In this document: positions 23,095-36,254 of the stretch, piece after piece
How the letters are laid out: each line of letters begins with the position of its first letter
Numbering within the stretch: position 1 is the first letter of the stretch
Origin: Scyliorhinus canicula
Taxonomy: Eukaryota
Length of the DNA: 64,000 bases
Direction: 5' to 3'
NCBI RefSeq assembly: GCF_902713615.1
Contig: NC_052161.1
Coordinates: forward strand, 26,859,908 to 26,923,907
Notes under the pieces: generated by a model
What the model was told of the DNA's origin: nothing
The model's database searches: none
Seen by the model: the letters and a program-made list of their open reading frames with translations, nothing else
Position numbers and translations under genes: made by a program

Positions 23095-24420
23095 ATGGAT
23101 CACCAGTTTCAACTAATTCGATTCACTCAACGCAATATCAAGAAACAGCTGAGTGTACTGGATACAGCAAAGGGTATGGGCCCTGATAAAACCATGGCTG
23201 TGGTGCTGACCCAGTATAAATATAACACTGGCATTTACCAAAGAAAAAGCAGGACAAATTCAGTCCACCAATTACTGCCCCATCAACCGACTCTCAAACA
23301 TTAGTGGTTTACAATTAAAGAATTAAGTAGTATAAGGTACTTGGGAAATCCACTCGCAGAAGTCCCCAAAGCTAATTGGCTGCCAATCTATGCTCCCATA
23401 TCAACCATAAGGAGAGTTTCCATGAGGATTGGGGCAATTATTGGGTTGATGTAGTTGACTGCCTATGTTAGCCACAGTGTTCTCTTGTCTATTGGTTGAC
23501 AGAATTGACTGTTCTGTCTATGTTGGACGCCGTGCTCTTTTGTCTCTGACACAAGATGGATCTGGACTCATTCCTGTTCTGAAACACTGTGCACCAAGTT
23601 GATTGATAGTTGTCAGCATTGTTTGGTGTAAGCCTATCAGTCTTTTTCAGTAGATTGAGTCCTCGGAGTCAGCACCTGACTGGAGTCTTGTGGAGGTGAC
23701 GGGGTGCTTGATCATCAGCTGATGAGTCAGTGAGCCCTTATCATTACCTTGCTTAGGGGAGATCCACATCATATGCCAATCAGGAACTTCACAGGACAGT
23801 AGCAGGCCTTCCACTGGTATCAAGGACCCAGGGGCAGAAGTCCTATCACCCGAGAGCTGCTGAAAAATCATGGGCCCATAGCTCTTTTGCTGCTGGTGTG
23901 ACAACACTCAAGAAATTTGACACCATCCAGGACACTTGATTGGTGCCTCTTCCACAAACATTCACTCCCTCTACCACTTACTCACAATGGGAGCAGTGTG
24001 AGCCGTCTGTAAGTTGTACTGCAGGAACTCACCGAGGCTCCTTCAGACAGCACCTTCCAAACACATGACCACTACCATCTGGCAGGACAAAGGCAGCAGA
24101 TACATAGAAACACCACCATTTAGACCCTGATAACACCCTGGCTGTAGTGCTGTCCTGGTATAAATACAACACTGGCATTTACAAGCGACCCACCGTTCTG
24201 ACTTGAGAATATATCACCGTTCGTTCACTGTCGCAGGGTCAAAATCCTGGATCTCCCTCCCTAACCGTACTGTGGGTGTACCTACACCTCATGGACTGTA
24301 GAGGTTTACGAATGCAGCTCACCACCACTTTCTCAAGGGCAATTATGGATGGACAACAAATGCTAAACCTAGTCAGTGATGCCCTCATCCCAAGAAAGAT
24401 TTTTTTAAAAAAATAAATAA
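23095..24420 (+). mobile_element. CR1/L2-type LINE fragments (23095-23300 and 23903-24420)
   Basis: LDTAKGMGPD motif and the same 3' tail as the 1-1630 element. Confidence 0.7.
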
Positions 24421-24510
24421 AATGTGAGTGGAGAGAGGGAGGTGTCTGGTGAAAGCAGCTGCAGTTTGCTGTGCTGAGATAGGAGGAAACAAGAGAATAA
24501 GGTGTGATGG

Positions 24511-24752
24511 GTTTGCACGTCCTCCCCGTGTGTGCGTGGGTTTCCTCCGGGTGCTCCGGTTTCCTCCCACAGTCCAAAGATGTGCGGGTTAGGTGGATTG
24601 GCCATGCTAAATTGCCCGTAGTGTAAGGTTAATGGGGGGATTGTTGGGTTACGGGTATACGGGTTACGTGGGTTTAAGTAGGGTGATCATTGCTCGGCAC
24701 AACATCGAGGGCCGAAGGGCCTGTTCTGTGCTGTACTGTTCTATGTTCTATG
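24511..24752 (+). mobile_element. 5'-truncated young HE1-like SINE
   Basis: Near-identical to the reverse complements of 44228-44568 and 50321-50666; TTCTATG tail. Confidence 0.85.
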
Positions 24753-25105
24753 AAACTGAGTGACATCTCCTCCAGCATTGCAAGTCATCGCAGCCATTAT
24801 TCTTCTGTTGCCCATGATGGTAAACATGCTTTATTCAAGTGGGGAGAAGAAGTAAAGGCAGGCTCAACCTCCTCTGGCTTTGTGCTGCCTGGAGCTGTGG
24901 GCAGCCTTTCCCTGCAAGCAAGAAGGGAATGTGTTAGTCCCAGTTTTGGGGGATGTTTAGATAATGTGCCTCTCGTGGAGAAATAACTGTATGGCTGTTG
25001 TGAGGTATGGGAAGTGAGAGTTGCTATAGTGATAAGTGTATGAATCTTAGCAGGTGGAGGGAAGTGTGGTGGAATGATTGTAGGAGAATGAAGGGAAGCA
25101 GATGA

Positions 25106-25310
25106 GGGCGGCGCGGTGGCATGTGGTGAGCACTGCTGTCTCACAGCCTCAGGGATTCTGGACTGGGTGGCTGTGTGGAGCTTGCAAGTTCCCCTTGTCT
25201 GCATGGGTTTCTTCCAGGTGCTTCAGTTTCTTCCCACAGTCCATCGATGTGCAAGCTGGGAGGAACGGCCGTGCTAAATTGTCTCATGGTGTCCAAAGAT
25301 GTGTGGGTTA
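25106..25310 (+). mobile_element. diverged V-SINE
   Basis: gggcggcgcggtggc head and V core. Confidence 0.7.
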
Positions 25311-26499
25311 TGTCCTGAGAGCTGAGCTCCTGCTGTTGACCACCCTCGGGATGTCTTCCCATTTGTAATGAAGGTGTGGGATGGAGGGTGTTCTGCTCAT
25401 CCTCATGTCTACTTTCTGCATCCAGGGACTCTAAGGCAGATGCAGAACACTATGGTGCCCTCTCAGGATTTATTTCTCTGTAAAACAAATACATCCCATG
25501 TTGCTTGCACCGTTCCTTTAAGAGGTGCTGGCTATCTTTAAGTAGCATCAGATATACCCAGTTTCCATCCGCCAAATAGGCGTGCAGCTATGAGGAGCAT
25601 GGGCAGTGCTGCCAATAGACTTCAGTCATGACAATCAGCAGGAAGCAGCAAGAGTCCATTGTGCTTGGGACAACAGTAACAGCCAGGGAGCATTGACACA
25701 CCAGCCCCAGCTCACTCATTTCTGGGCACGATCAAATTCCTAAGCCGCTGTGATTAAAGGAAATTCTAGTCAGGGTGTGACTGAAGCACAGTCGGGTGGC
25801 ATTCGATGTGAAGTCCACTTTGTCTGAAACTGCTTGAAATTATTTGAGGGCAGCTGAAGGGACTTATCAACAGTTTCGGGGAGAGGGTTGGACAGTCTGT
25901 CTGCAGTTCCCGTCTAAAAGTAACCTAATCTCTTATTTCTTTCTTCAAACTTCTCTTTTTACAAAACCTCTGAACCTAATTCCATGGCTTGTGTTATTAG
26001 TTATCCTCAACATAGTCCTATCATTAAATAATTGAATCCATACAACGAGCTTGTATTTATTGTTGAAATGAGTCATACTAATTGAAATGTTATGTCCGCT
26101 GCTTATAACAGACTGCCTAATGCGCTGTGCATATAATCATTGTGAATTACCTATTGAAGCGTATTTGTGTACGGGACTGTGTATCATATTGCTTCAACGT
26201 TTTGTATTTCCAGCTTTTGTCATTTCTCATGACTAGGAATTTCCACACATAAATTGAGAAATACATGGCCTAAACTTGCTTGGTAGAGTAGGTTTCATTG
26301 AATAATAGGTTGGAACTGTGGATGTGTCCCAACAAAAACAATGAAGGAGCAGTGGGGGCGGGGGGGGGGGGGGGGGGGGGGGGACACACTTGCCAATAGA
26401 CTATTTGCTGATGCTTAGTTTGGGCCTACCAGAACCACCTGATTGAGACATGGAGGCCTACCCTCCAACATTTACTGCCAATGGGGACAATAGCAGAAA

Positions 26500-26740
26500 T
26501 GTTGTGGGAACACCATTAGCTCCCCTCCAAGTCACAGTGTCCTGACTTGGATATTTATTGCCATCTCCTCATCATAGTTGAGTCAATATCTTGGAATTCC
26601 CTGTCTAATAGCTTTGTGGAAGCTATGTTATCATCAAAAGGAATGCATTGGTTGAAGGGAAAATCCTATCAGTTCCTTCTCAGGGCAACTAGGGATAAAG
26701 AATAGAAGCAGATCTGGTCAGAGTCACCCAAAGTCCCAAG
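26500..26740 (+). mobile_element. CR1/L2-type LINE 3' end fragment
   Basis: Homologous to 1380-1630. Confidence 0.6.
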
Positions 26741-27008
26741 AATTTTCTTTTCAATCTTGGCATATGTTGATTTATTCTTTGCGCTAACTGACAAACATTA
26801 TGGTTGGCAATAACAGTACGGTTTACCATAATATACTCTTCAGAACATCTGGACTGGCAGTATTGACCAAGAATTAGAGCAATGTTCACTAATGTTGAAA
26901 CAGTGCATCGGCCAAGGACTTTGCCAGTTACTTCCTGTTGGCCAAGCAGATCTGTATATTCAGAAATTGGGTATTTTAAAATTAAAGAAAATATTTTCAT
27001 TGAATTTG

Positions 27009-27349
27009 ATAGAATTTACAGTGCAGAAAGAGGCCATTCGGCCCATCGAGTCTGCACCGGCCCTAGGAAAGAGCACCCCACTTAAGTCCACACTTTCACC
27101 TTATCCCATAACCAAGTAACCCCACCCAACCTTTTTTGTTTGGACATTAAGGGCAATTTAGCCTAGCCAATCCACCTAACCCGCACATCTTTGGACTGTG
27201 GGAGGAAACCGGAGTACCCGGAGGAAACCCACGTAACCACGGGGAGAACATGCAGACTCCGCACAGACAGTGACCCAAGTCGGGAATCGAACCTGGGACC
27301 CTGGAGCTGAGAAGCAACTGTGCTAACCACGCATGCTACCGTGCTGCCC
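27009..27349 (-). mobile_element. HE1-like V-SINE
   Basis: Full head, core and CR1-type tail. Confidence 0.88.
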
Positions 27350-27737
27350 TGTCATTGGTAAAATGAAGACTAGTCAGCAAGATTACATTAAAAAAAATAA
27401 AAAAATGTTTCTGTCTGCAATTGCTGAAAATGACACACCTGCAGTCCTGCCGCATTTAAATAAAACTGTTCCTGGGAGGAAAGCTTAGGAAGAAGATGGT
27501 GGTGGACAATTCAACAAACAAATGCAAGGTTCTGGAGAACAGTGCTTAATTCTGGCTTTAGTGCCACACCATTAAATACCAGAAAAAAAGGTCAATTACT
27601 CTCAACTTGTCTTATTTACTCAAAATACCCATATAAATATTTTAACCTGATGTTGTATTGTGCAGGAACTTACTGACGCTGCTGCTAATGAGGCAGCAAA
27701 TTCACAGCCTCTAAAAAGATAGGTACCCTTTTAGAAG

Positions 27738-28888
27738 TGTTACGATCATGAGGTTTATAGGATTGTTAAGTTTTGGGACTGTGTCTTTGATTTAAATAAA
27801 AGGCTTGTGGCCTGATGACTGCCTGGTAACAAGCCTGGGTGGTTTGATGGTTAGAGGTTAAAGGAGACCCAGAGGTTTTCACTGGGAAGAAGAAGCAAAG
27901 ACTTACACTTGGAGACAATGGCAGAAGCCTGTATATTAACAGAGGATAGACTGTATGCGCAAGATTTTCCATCCCTTCCCACCACCAAAGGTTACAGCAT
28001 CCTCCCTCTCCTCGCCAGCCCAGCCAGTGAACAACATAAATGTCCATTGACTTTAGCAGAACCGGAAGATCCAACCGGGGGCCGATGGTGAGCCACTTCC
28101 ATTCCCGGAAAACTTGCCGCAGGCTGGATGTGGGGCTTTGGCCTAAGTCTCCAGAGAAGTGTTGAGAATATTGGGTTGTTTACAGGTGTGTTTTGAACTG
28201 TCTATCATCCAAGATAAAAGAAAGTTGGGTTTCAAGGACAGCTAGTTCGCATTTCCACCTGGTTGCAGGCCCATGTGCTTCACATTGCCATAGAGATGGG
28301 CTTTGAAAAGGGAAGGGTCTACGGTAACCCAGAAAACTCACAGGCAGGGTTAATGTGCCAGGATCCGGGAGAGGGAGCGTAGCTTTAGGCAGGAAAAAAA
28401 AAGATTTTGTTCACCATGCAGGAATATGGTTGGTTTGAAAAGACCAAATTCATGAAGAGTTAAAAATAGGTTGGAAAATTTGCTTAGGTTGTGCGAGAGG
28501 GAGAATTTCCGGGGGAAGGAACCTCACTTTGAAAGATAATTCTGAGATTGCAAGTCCCCAGGTTGAAAAAGAGCTGAAGTAAACCATGGGGAGTGAAGAA
28601 TTACTTTGGACTGATTTCAGGAGAATTGATTGTCTACTTAAAGGATTGTGTGAAGGAAAATACATGGAAGTGTGTTTATAGTTGTGCAAAAAGGAAAAAG
28701 GGAATGCTTTATTTGGAGTTTTACAGTATACGTTGCCGACAAAGATAGCGCTTAGTCAAAAGTGCTTTTAGTCTTCTGGTACAATAAAAGTCTTAAATCA
28801 TGAAATCTTGTCATATCATCGTTTCAGCTATTAACTGGAAGCACAATTTTATTTTTAAAAGTTATCAGTCTCTATGGAGATTGTAACA
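27738..28888 (+). mobile_element. probable old solo LTR containing a small MITE (~27950-28140)
   Basis: Inverted ends TGTTACGATC...GATTGTAACA and AATAAA near the 3' end; no TSD recognisable. Confidence 0.45.
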
Positions 28889-29140
28889 AAATATTCACCT
28901 CAAGACCAGTTTTATATCTACTCACAGTAAAATTCCATTAAATTGCACTGAAACTTCCCGTCTATGTGTATGTTGCATTTCTGCTTTTCAACTCATTGCA
29001 AGTATTTTCCAAACAACCTACACTATACAATTTTAATGGAGAATTTTATTAACTACTCAACCAATTGTCAGTTTTTCATTAGACAAAATTTTAACTCTAA
29101 TTATAATTGTACATATATTGCAATTTAAAAAGACACTTAC

Positions 29141-29159
29141 CATTGTCACTATAGACTTT
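29141..29159 (-). CDS. habp2: habp2 exon 2, 19-nt microexon (KVYSDN+G), phase 0 to 1
   Basis: Strong acceptor ttatttcatttttctctgcag and donor G|GTAAGT. The phases link exon 1 (phase 0) to the phase-1 exons downstream, and it supplies a plausible signal cleavage site VYS|DN. Confidence 0.75.
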
Positions 29160-30094
29160 CTGCAGAGAAAAATGAAATAAAGTTACGTATGATTCTACAG
29201 CATTGCACAAAGGGGCATTCATGACTTTAAAAGCTATGTTTGGAAAAATTTCAGACAAGTTAAGTCGCTGGAACATTCCGCTGAGAAAACTCTGCTATTT
29301 AAGATAGTTTCCTGCTCCAATCTAAAATTATATTGACCACAGAATAAATTGCAGCACTGTGGATTTCTCCATTTGCCGTTTAAATGTCCTCACAGTGAAT
29401 TGGAATTGCTGATGTAATGACATGATGGCATCACTTCACTGTGTCAACAATTGCACTGTTACGTGTTTGTCATTTGGTGAAGTGCTTGTAAACAAAGCCT
29501 CAGCACTGACAATGTCCCTTTAAGAAGAAAAATATTTTAATTAAAGGAGAAACTAATTTCTTTCTGTTACTTTTATATACATCGAATAATTACCTTGACC
29601 TTTTCTCAGCTGGTTCTAGTAAAGCTTGCCTCCGCGACATTACTTTTATTGCTTCAAATAAAAACAATATAATGGGGAATAGACTCGATGCGGGAACCAT
29701 AAAAGCAGCATGACATCATTTACCTTGAACTCGGAGCAAGTAAATGATATCTTATAACCCAGAGGCCTAATGAAAAGAATAGGGAGTTTACTGAGCAGAG
29801 AAATCATGCGAAACTGGCTGGGAGAGTGAGCATTAATGCAAGTAGAGAGGAAAGACAGCAGCATAATGGAAAGGATGCTTCATCAATGGCCTTGTAGTGA
29901 ATGGGTAGATTAAATTTTACAACAGGCACAATGTCTAGCTATACCATAGAAACTGGTATAGTTATGCGTAATCATTTTACTTGTGGTGTTGTGAATCACT
30001 AAAACAAGTTGCTGAGGCTACTGTTTTGCAGTTCTACTTTAATCCAAAAATATAAAGCAGTTATACGTGCTAAAGCTGTAAAGTGCTTACTTAC

Positions 30095-30163
30095 AGAATA
30101 CGACAATACCGCCAGCCAGATGAAAAAGCACCTGGGAGTTGACCAAGCTATTGCTTTTGGCAT
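30095..30163 (-). CDS. habp2: habp2 coding exon 1 (signal peptide MPKAIAWSTPRCFFIWLAVLSYS)
   Basis: ATG at 30163, hydrophobic core FFIWLAVL, consensus donor TCT|GTAAGT in phase 0. Length 69 nt, which matches my recollection of human HABP2 coding exon 1. TATA box about 55 nt upstream. Joins in frame to the next exon. Confidence 0.8.
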
Positions 30164-30216
30164 AGTTCAAAGATTTGGAGGTACTAATGCTTCACTCTGG
30201 ACATTTGACTTTCTGC

Positions 30217-30280
30217 TATTTATATTACGACACATCGGCATAAGAGCAGGGTCATATGAACATGCTAGAAGTTATTAACC
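30217..30280 (-). promoter_or_regulatory. putative habp2 core promoter (TATA box and HNF1-like site)
   Basis: Minus-strand TATAAATA at 30217-30224 and GGTTAATAACT (HNF1-like) at 30270-30280, upstream of the ATG; mammalian HABP2 is liver-expressed. Confidence 0.55.
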
Positions 30281-30565
30281 AGTCTTCAAACACAGATAAT
30301 TTAAGGAGGCAAAAAACTTTTTGACATTGGTAACAGCAGCAAAAACAAAACCTTGAACATTTATATAGTAGAGTATATAAATGCAACGACTAAATAAAAG
30401 TTTATTTAGCGGAGCCACTTCTCAACATTCATCCTATTTGGGAATACACATCTAGGAATTGTTGCTTGATCATAGCTAAGAATGTAAGTAAAAGGACCTA
30501 GCCCATCTCTTTAAATCGGCATGACATGTTTTTAGTATGTAGACTAAGTGATTTATTTAACATGC

Positions 30566-33500
30566 TTTGTGAGGGCCACGAAGAATCCAGCACGAGTTGA
30601 AGGATAGAAAGAAATAACATTTATTTACAATAACATATATATATATATATATATACACACACAACAGCAGCAACAACTTTCCTTGCCTCCTCTCTAACTG
30701 GTTCCAAACTGGCCAGCTTTATTTATGCAGGGGATCTGCTAATGATTTCTCCGTCCCCCTCATTGGGGAAGCTCATACTCCCACAGGATTGTGGGATTGC
30801 CATTAGTCCCCAGCCAATGGTAAGCAGGCAGGTTATAACATCCCTCACCCCTAAAGTCCAAGGAATCCACCGAAGACCCTGGCGAAGGAGGGCATTGGAC
30901 TCGTTTTGCCGCAGGCCGGACACCATCTGCACGAGGCGCTGAATTGGGCGGTGTGTAACGAGACAGAGAACGGCGCTTCCGTGATGAACGGCGTAACGGT
31001 TGTACATCCATGGCCCGTGGGCCCGAGGATTCCCCCTCTGAGGCGTCCTGTGTCTCCATCTCTGAGTTGGAGTCTGCTGCCTCCGTCATCTCGGCGTCTC
31101 TATCTCCACGCAGTTCTGCTACGACCTGCGCAGGCTTTGAGTGCGGCACCAGAGGAAGATTGTGAGGAATATTTTCCACTATGTCTGGTCTCTGTTGCTG
31201 TAGAAATGAGCTCCAGGGGCGGTCTTCTGGACTGAACGTGGTCTACATGCTTGCGCTGGAGACCACCAGCAAAATTCCGAACGAACACTGGGTCACCGGG
31301 CGCAAACTGCCGAATCGGCCGATGCCGAGAAGAACCATGTCCCTGCCGTTCTTATGTGTGGCCTCCTTTTGTGCCAATGTCCGGGAAAATCATGCTAAGG
31401 CGGGTGCGAAGTCTCCGGCCCATTAGAAGTTCTGCGGGAGCTACCCTAGTCACCGCATGTGGGGTGGTCCTATATGAAAACAAAAAAAATGAGTCAGTCT
31501 CGTGTCCATTGACCCGGAAGACTGCTTCTTTAGGCCTCGTTTGAATGTCTGGACTGCGAGCTCCGCCAACCCATTTGAAGCCGAGTGATATGGGGCAGTG
31601 CAGATATGGCGTATGCCGTTCATCTTCAGGAACCTCGCAAACTCCTCACTTCTGAATGGAGTGCCATTGTTCATGACCAGCACCTCAGGGAGGCCATGCG
31701 GACTGAAAGACAAACGCATCTTCTCGATTGTTGCGCAGGTCGTTGTGCCTACCATCTTATGCACCTCTAGCCATTTAGACTGGGCATCGATTAATAGAAG
31801 GAACATGGATCCTTGAAAAGGACCGGCGAAATCCGCATGCAAGCGCGCCCAAAGCCATCCTGGCCATTCCCAGTGAAGTAGGGGCGTGGTTGGCGGAAGC
31901 TTCTGATGCTCCTGGCAAATGGAGCAGTTTGTGGCCACCTTCTCAATGTCGGTGTCGAGGCCTGGCCACCAGACATAACTCTGGGCCAACATTTTCATTT
32001 TGGTCACACCCGGATGCCCATTGTGCAAGTCTCTTATTATCAGCTCCTGTCCTTTTTCCAGGATAATCACACGTGTTGCCCAGAGAAGGATACCGTCTTC
32101 CACGCTAAATTCTGACAGCTTGGAAGACAATGGCCACAACTCGCCTGGGAGCTGTCTATGTTGACCACCATACAGGACTATGTGCCGAACCTTTGACAGG
32201 ACTGGCTCCGTCTGGGTCCACTCACGGATCTGTGGTGCTGTGACAGGCAAGGTGTCCATACAATTTAGGGTTGCAACCACCTCACCGGTCGTGGGGGTCG
32301 ACATGGGGCCAGTCGATAAAGGCAATCGGCTCAGTATGTCGGCATTCGCTATCTGGGTTCCTGGTTTGTGCTCCAGAGAATACCCGTATGCAGCGAGCAA
32401 CAAAGCCCAGCGCTGGATCCGTGCGGAAGCAATGGGCGGTATTGGCTTATCTTCTCTGAAAAGTCCCAGCAGAGGCTTATGATCAGTCACGATAGTGAAG
32501 TGGCGGCCATAAACGTACTGGTGGAAGTGTTTCACCACACAGACCACCGCCCGGCCCTCCTTCTCGATCTGTGCGTACTTTCTTTCCGCTGCAGTCAATG
32601 TGCGGGAGGCGAAAGCTATCGGCTGCTCGGCCCCGTTCTCCATCTTGTGGGACAGGACGGCCCCAATACCATACGGGGATGCATCACATGTGATGAGCAA
32701 AGGCTTTCCAGGATCATAGTGGGTTAGTAACCCAGATGACGACAATTGGTGTTTTACCCGCCGGAAAGCTGTTTCTTGCGGCTGATTCTAAACCCAGGTG
32801 TGATTCTTCTTTAGCAGAAGGTGCAACGGGGCCAGCATAGTTGCCAGATTGGGGAGGAACTTCCCGTAATAGTTTACGAGACCGAGAAAAGAACAAAGAT
32901 GCGAAGTGTCGGTCGGGGGTCTGTTGAATTGCGCGCACCTTCTCTGCGACGGGGTGCAACCTTCGCGGTCCACCCGATAACCCAGGTAGACTACTTCCTT
33001 TACCTGAAAGATGCACTTTGTGTGACATAAACGGACTCCAGCCTCCGAAAAGCGTCTAAGGACAGCCTACAAATTTTCCAAATGTTCCTGCTCCGAAGTC
33101 CCTGTAATCAAAACGTCATCTAAGTAGACAGCAACACGCGGTAAACCTCTCAAAATGCCCTCCATGACATGTTGAAAAATAGCGCAGGCAGAGGATACTC
33201 TAAAGGGCAATCATGTATATTCATACAGGTCCCGGTGTGTATTAATCATTACATATGGCAGGGAGCAGGGTCCAGCTCCAACTGTAGGTAGGTGTGACTC
33301 ATATCTAATTTCGTGAAGGAGCCTGCATGCTTCGCATAGAGATCCCGGTCGAGTCGAGAAGCCGTATTCACTGTAAGTTTATAGTCGCCGCACAAGTGAA
33401 CTGTGGCATCTGGCTTCATTACAGGTACAATTGGTGCTGCCCAGTCAGCGAAATGGACGGGCCTGATAATACCCAAAGTCTCCAAACAAGTGAGCTCCCC

Positions 33501-35247
33501 TTCTACCTTCTCGAGCAAGGCGTAAGGCACGGGCGCGCCCGGAAATAGCGCGGTGTGGCTCCTGATTCGACTTGGATACGGGCTACGGCCCCTTTTATTT
33601 TCCCCAAACTGGGCTGGAATACATCTGGGTATCGTCCTAGCACCTCAGTCAACCCTCCAGAAACTGTTTGGAGGATGTGCTGCCACTGCCGCCGCAAATG
33701 GCGCAACCAGTCCGACCCAACAGGTGAGTCTGTGGCCGCGCACCACAATAAGCGGGAAACGCCCCTCCTGGCATCCATAAACAACAGGGGTCATCGTAGT
33801 TCCTGCAATGTCCAATGGTTCCCCCGTGTAGGCGGCCAACCTAGCCTGTGTGTCGGTTAATATAAGGGTCTGTATACCCTGCTTGATGTGGTCGAATATC
33901 CTCTGGCCGATCACGTAGACTGCTGCGCCAGTGTCCAACTCCATCTCAAGCGGGTGACCTTTGACCCGTACTGTCACCTTCATGGGGGCCATACGGGGAG
34001 CTGCCACACAATGCAGCTGCAGGCAGTCGACCTTCTGTCTCCACGTCCTCGGGAGTAGTTGCCGCAGATTCATCAAAATGGAAGGAACGGCCCCTGGGCT
34101 GGCCCCAGTTTCTGTTGGAATGGCGGCACCTCTGGCGTCCCCAAGACCGGCGGCCGCAAGCGGTCGGCGCCCACGGTCTGACACCGACATGGCTCCTCAT
34201 CCATTGGTTCTGGAGAAGGCTCCCTTCGGGGAGGAATGTCCGACGGCCACCGGGAACGATCTGGACGTTGCCTCATCCGAGATATCGCAGGGGTGCGGGG
34301 GGATGCTTTTGAACGGAAGGGGTTGTGCCCCAAGACATGAACCTCCATTCCCTGCAGCTCCTGCACTCCTCATTCTGCGCTCTCTTGGGGCAATACTATT
34401 TGAATGGCCTGTTGACTCAGCTAACAACTTTCTCTGGGTGGCCGCATTGTTAATACCGCAAACCAAATGGTCGTGTAACATTTCTGACAAGGTCTCACAA
34501 TAGTCACAGTACGCCTCAATCCTGCGTAGCCTGGATAGGAACTCGGCACGAGTTTCTCCTGGGGTCCTCTCAGTGGTATTAAACCGGTAACATTGGACTA
34601 TCGTGGACAGGGTTGGGCTAAAATGTTGCCCCACTAAATTCACAAGTTCATCAAACGTTTTGGTGTCCAGCGCAGCTGTGTACGCAAGGCTCCTAATCAC
34701 CACAAACATATGCGGGCCGCAGGCGGTGAGCAATATGACCACCTTGCACTCGTTTTCGGTGATGTTGTTTGTCCAGAAATAGTAACGCATCCGTTGTGCG
34801 CCCTGGTTCCAGCTTTCCAGCGCAGCGTCAAAAACATCCAAACGTCCATACAGAAGCATAGTGTAATAGAAAACAACGTCCAACCCGTATCCAACAAAAA
34901 TCCAGGGAGGTGGCTTCAGCAGTGTAGACAGCTATTCACTTCAACCCTCGTCGCCAGTTTTGTGAGGGCCACGATGAATCCAGCACGAGTGGAAGGATAG
35001 AAAGAAATAACATTTATTGACATTGACAATAACATATATATATATATATATATATACAACAGCAGCAGCAGCAACTTCCCTTGCTGCTCACTCTCCTGTA
35101 GCTGGTTCCAAACTGGCCAGCTTTATTTATGCAGGGGATCTGCGAATGATTTCTCTGCCCACCCCCTTATTGGGGAAGCTCAAACTCCCAGAGGATTGTG
35201 GGATTGCCATTAGTCCCCAGCCAGTGGTAAGCAGGCAGGTTATAACA
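30566..35247 (-). mobile_element. full-length decayed Gypsy LTR retrotransposon
   Basis: LTRs ~30566-30840 and ~34959-35247, TSD CATGC, PBS TGGCGACGAG, PPT. Gag (~34860-34200), protease ELDTGAA, RT, RNase H DASPYGIGAVL and integrase HHCC/DDE, with frameshifts. Confidence 0.93.
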
Positions 35248-35419
35248 CATGCTGTCTTGTGACTTTGCTTCATTTTTCTTCTATTACTTCTTGTAGTGAA
35301 TGCATTTACTCGTATATAATACCATAGCTGAGAGTGACTCACCACTACCTCTTTCACATATCTACACTGGACCTAGAAGGCCATTTTAACATTGCTGATA
35401 ATGTAAAATGGGCAACATT

Positions 35420-36031
35420 GGGTGCGATTTAACAGGAAAAAAACCAAAATCCCATTATGGGTAGTTTAGCGGGGTGTTTCTTGGTGCCTGCAGTGTCAAG
35501 ATAGACCCCACTATCAAACTGACTTTGTTTTTTTTGGCTTCAGCGAGGAATGCCCTACCACGGCTGCACTTGCCTTTCGAGCTCGTCAGTGCAGGAAGAG
35601 ATTGGGGCACAATTTTTAAATGCCACCCCAATCTCTCTGAACTCAAGACCCTCTTGGACACCGCACCGTGGCCTCCAGACCCCGTCAATGCCCCAACGGG
35701 GGTGCTTGAGCCCCTCCCCCCTTGACGGTGTCAAGATGCCTGGCTGCCAACGGGAGAGCCAGGGTACCACCCTGCCCAGAACCCGACCACCGGGGGCTTC
35801 CGAAACGGCGCCCTGACCAGGTCTCCCAGGCTGACCCCAACTGCTCACTTACATATACAAATCTGGATCCCACCCAGTGAGGGCAAGATCCAGATTACGA
35901 CATCTCGCGAGACCTTGTTGGATCTCACAAGGTGTCCCAAGCATTGCAAATCTCGTGAGAGGCCTCTCGTGAAATTTAATGGCCTCTTTGTGTAACCAAG
36001 CTGGGAGCGACAAGGCCGTTCGGTCATACCC
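35420..36031. mobile_element. MITE-like non-autonomous DNA transposon
   Basis: GGGTGCGATTTAAC start and degenerate inverted end; a homologous copy lies at 18340-18700. Confidence 0.55.
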
Positions 36032-36040
36032 ATTAAATTA

Positions 36041-36198
36041 GGGGCTGGTTTAGCTCACTCGGCTAAATCACTGGTTTACCAAGCAGGCCAGCAGCACGGT
36101 TCGATTCCTGTACCAGCCTCCCCGGAAAGTGGTGACTAGGGGCTTTTCACAGTAACTTCATTGAAGCCTACGCGTGACAATAAGCAATTTTCATTTTC
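36041..36198 (+). mobile_element. short tRNA-derived SINE (GGGGCTGGTTTAGC head, GACTAGGGGCTTTTCACAG tail)
   Basis: tRNA-like head closed by ACCAGCC, (CATTT)n end; copies at 36378 and 45484. Confidence 0.8.
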
Positions 36199-36254
36199 AA
36201 TTGACAATCTGTTATGCGCCCCAGATGAACAAGATTAAGAGTGTTATAGAGAAA

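Noticed and set aside
26151-26232. AG...GT-bounded open segment in intron 2
   Set aside because: 82 nt would frameshift the phase 1-1 chain; no homology recognised
29646-29864. ORF MLLSFLSTC... as the habp2 first exon
   Set aside because: 30095-30163 has a better signal peptide, donor, length and promoter context
36041-36120. tRNA gene (also other SINE heads)
   Set aside because: Imperfect cloverleaf fused to retroposon tails; these are SINE heads
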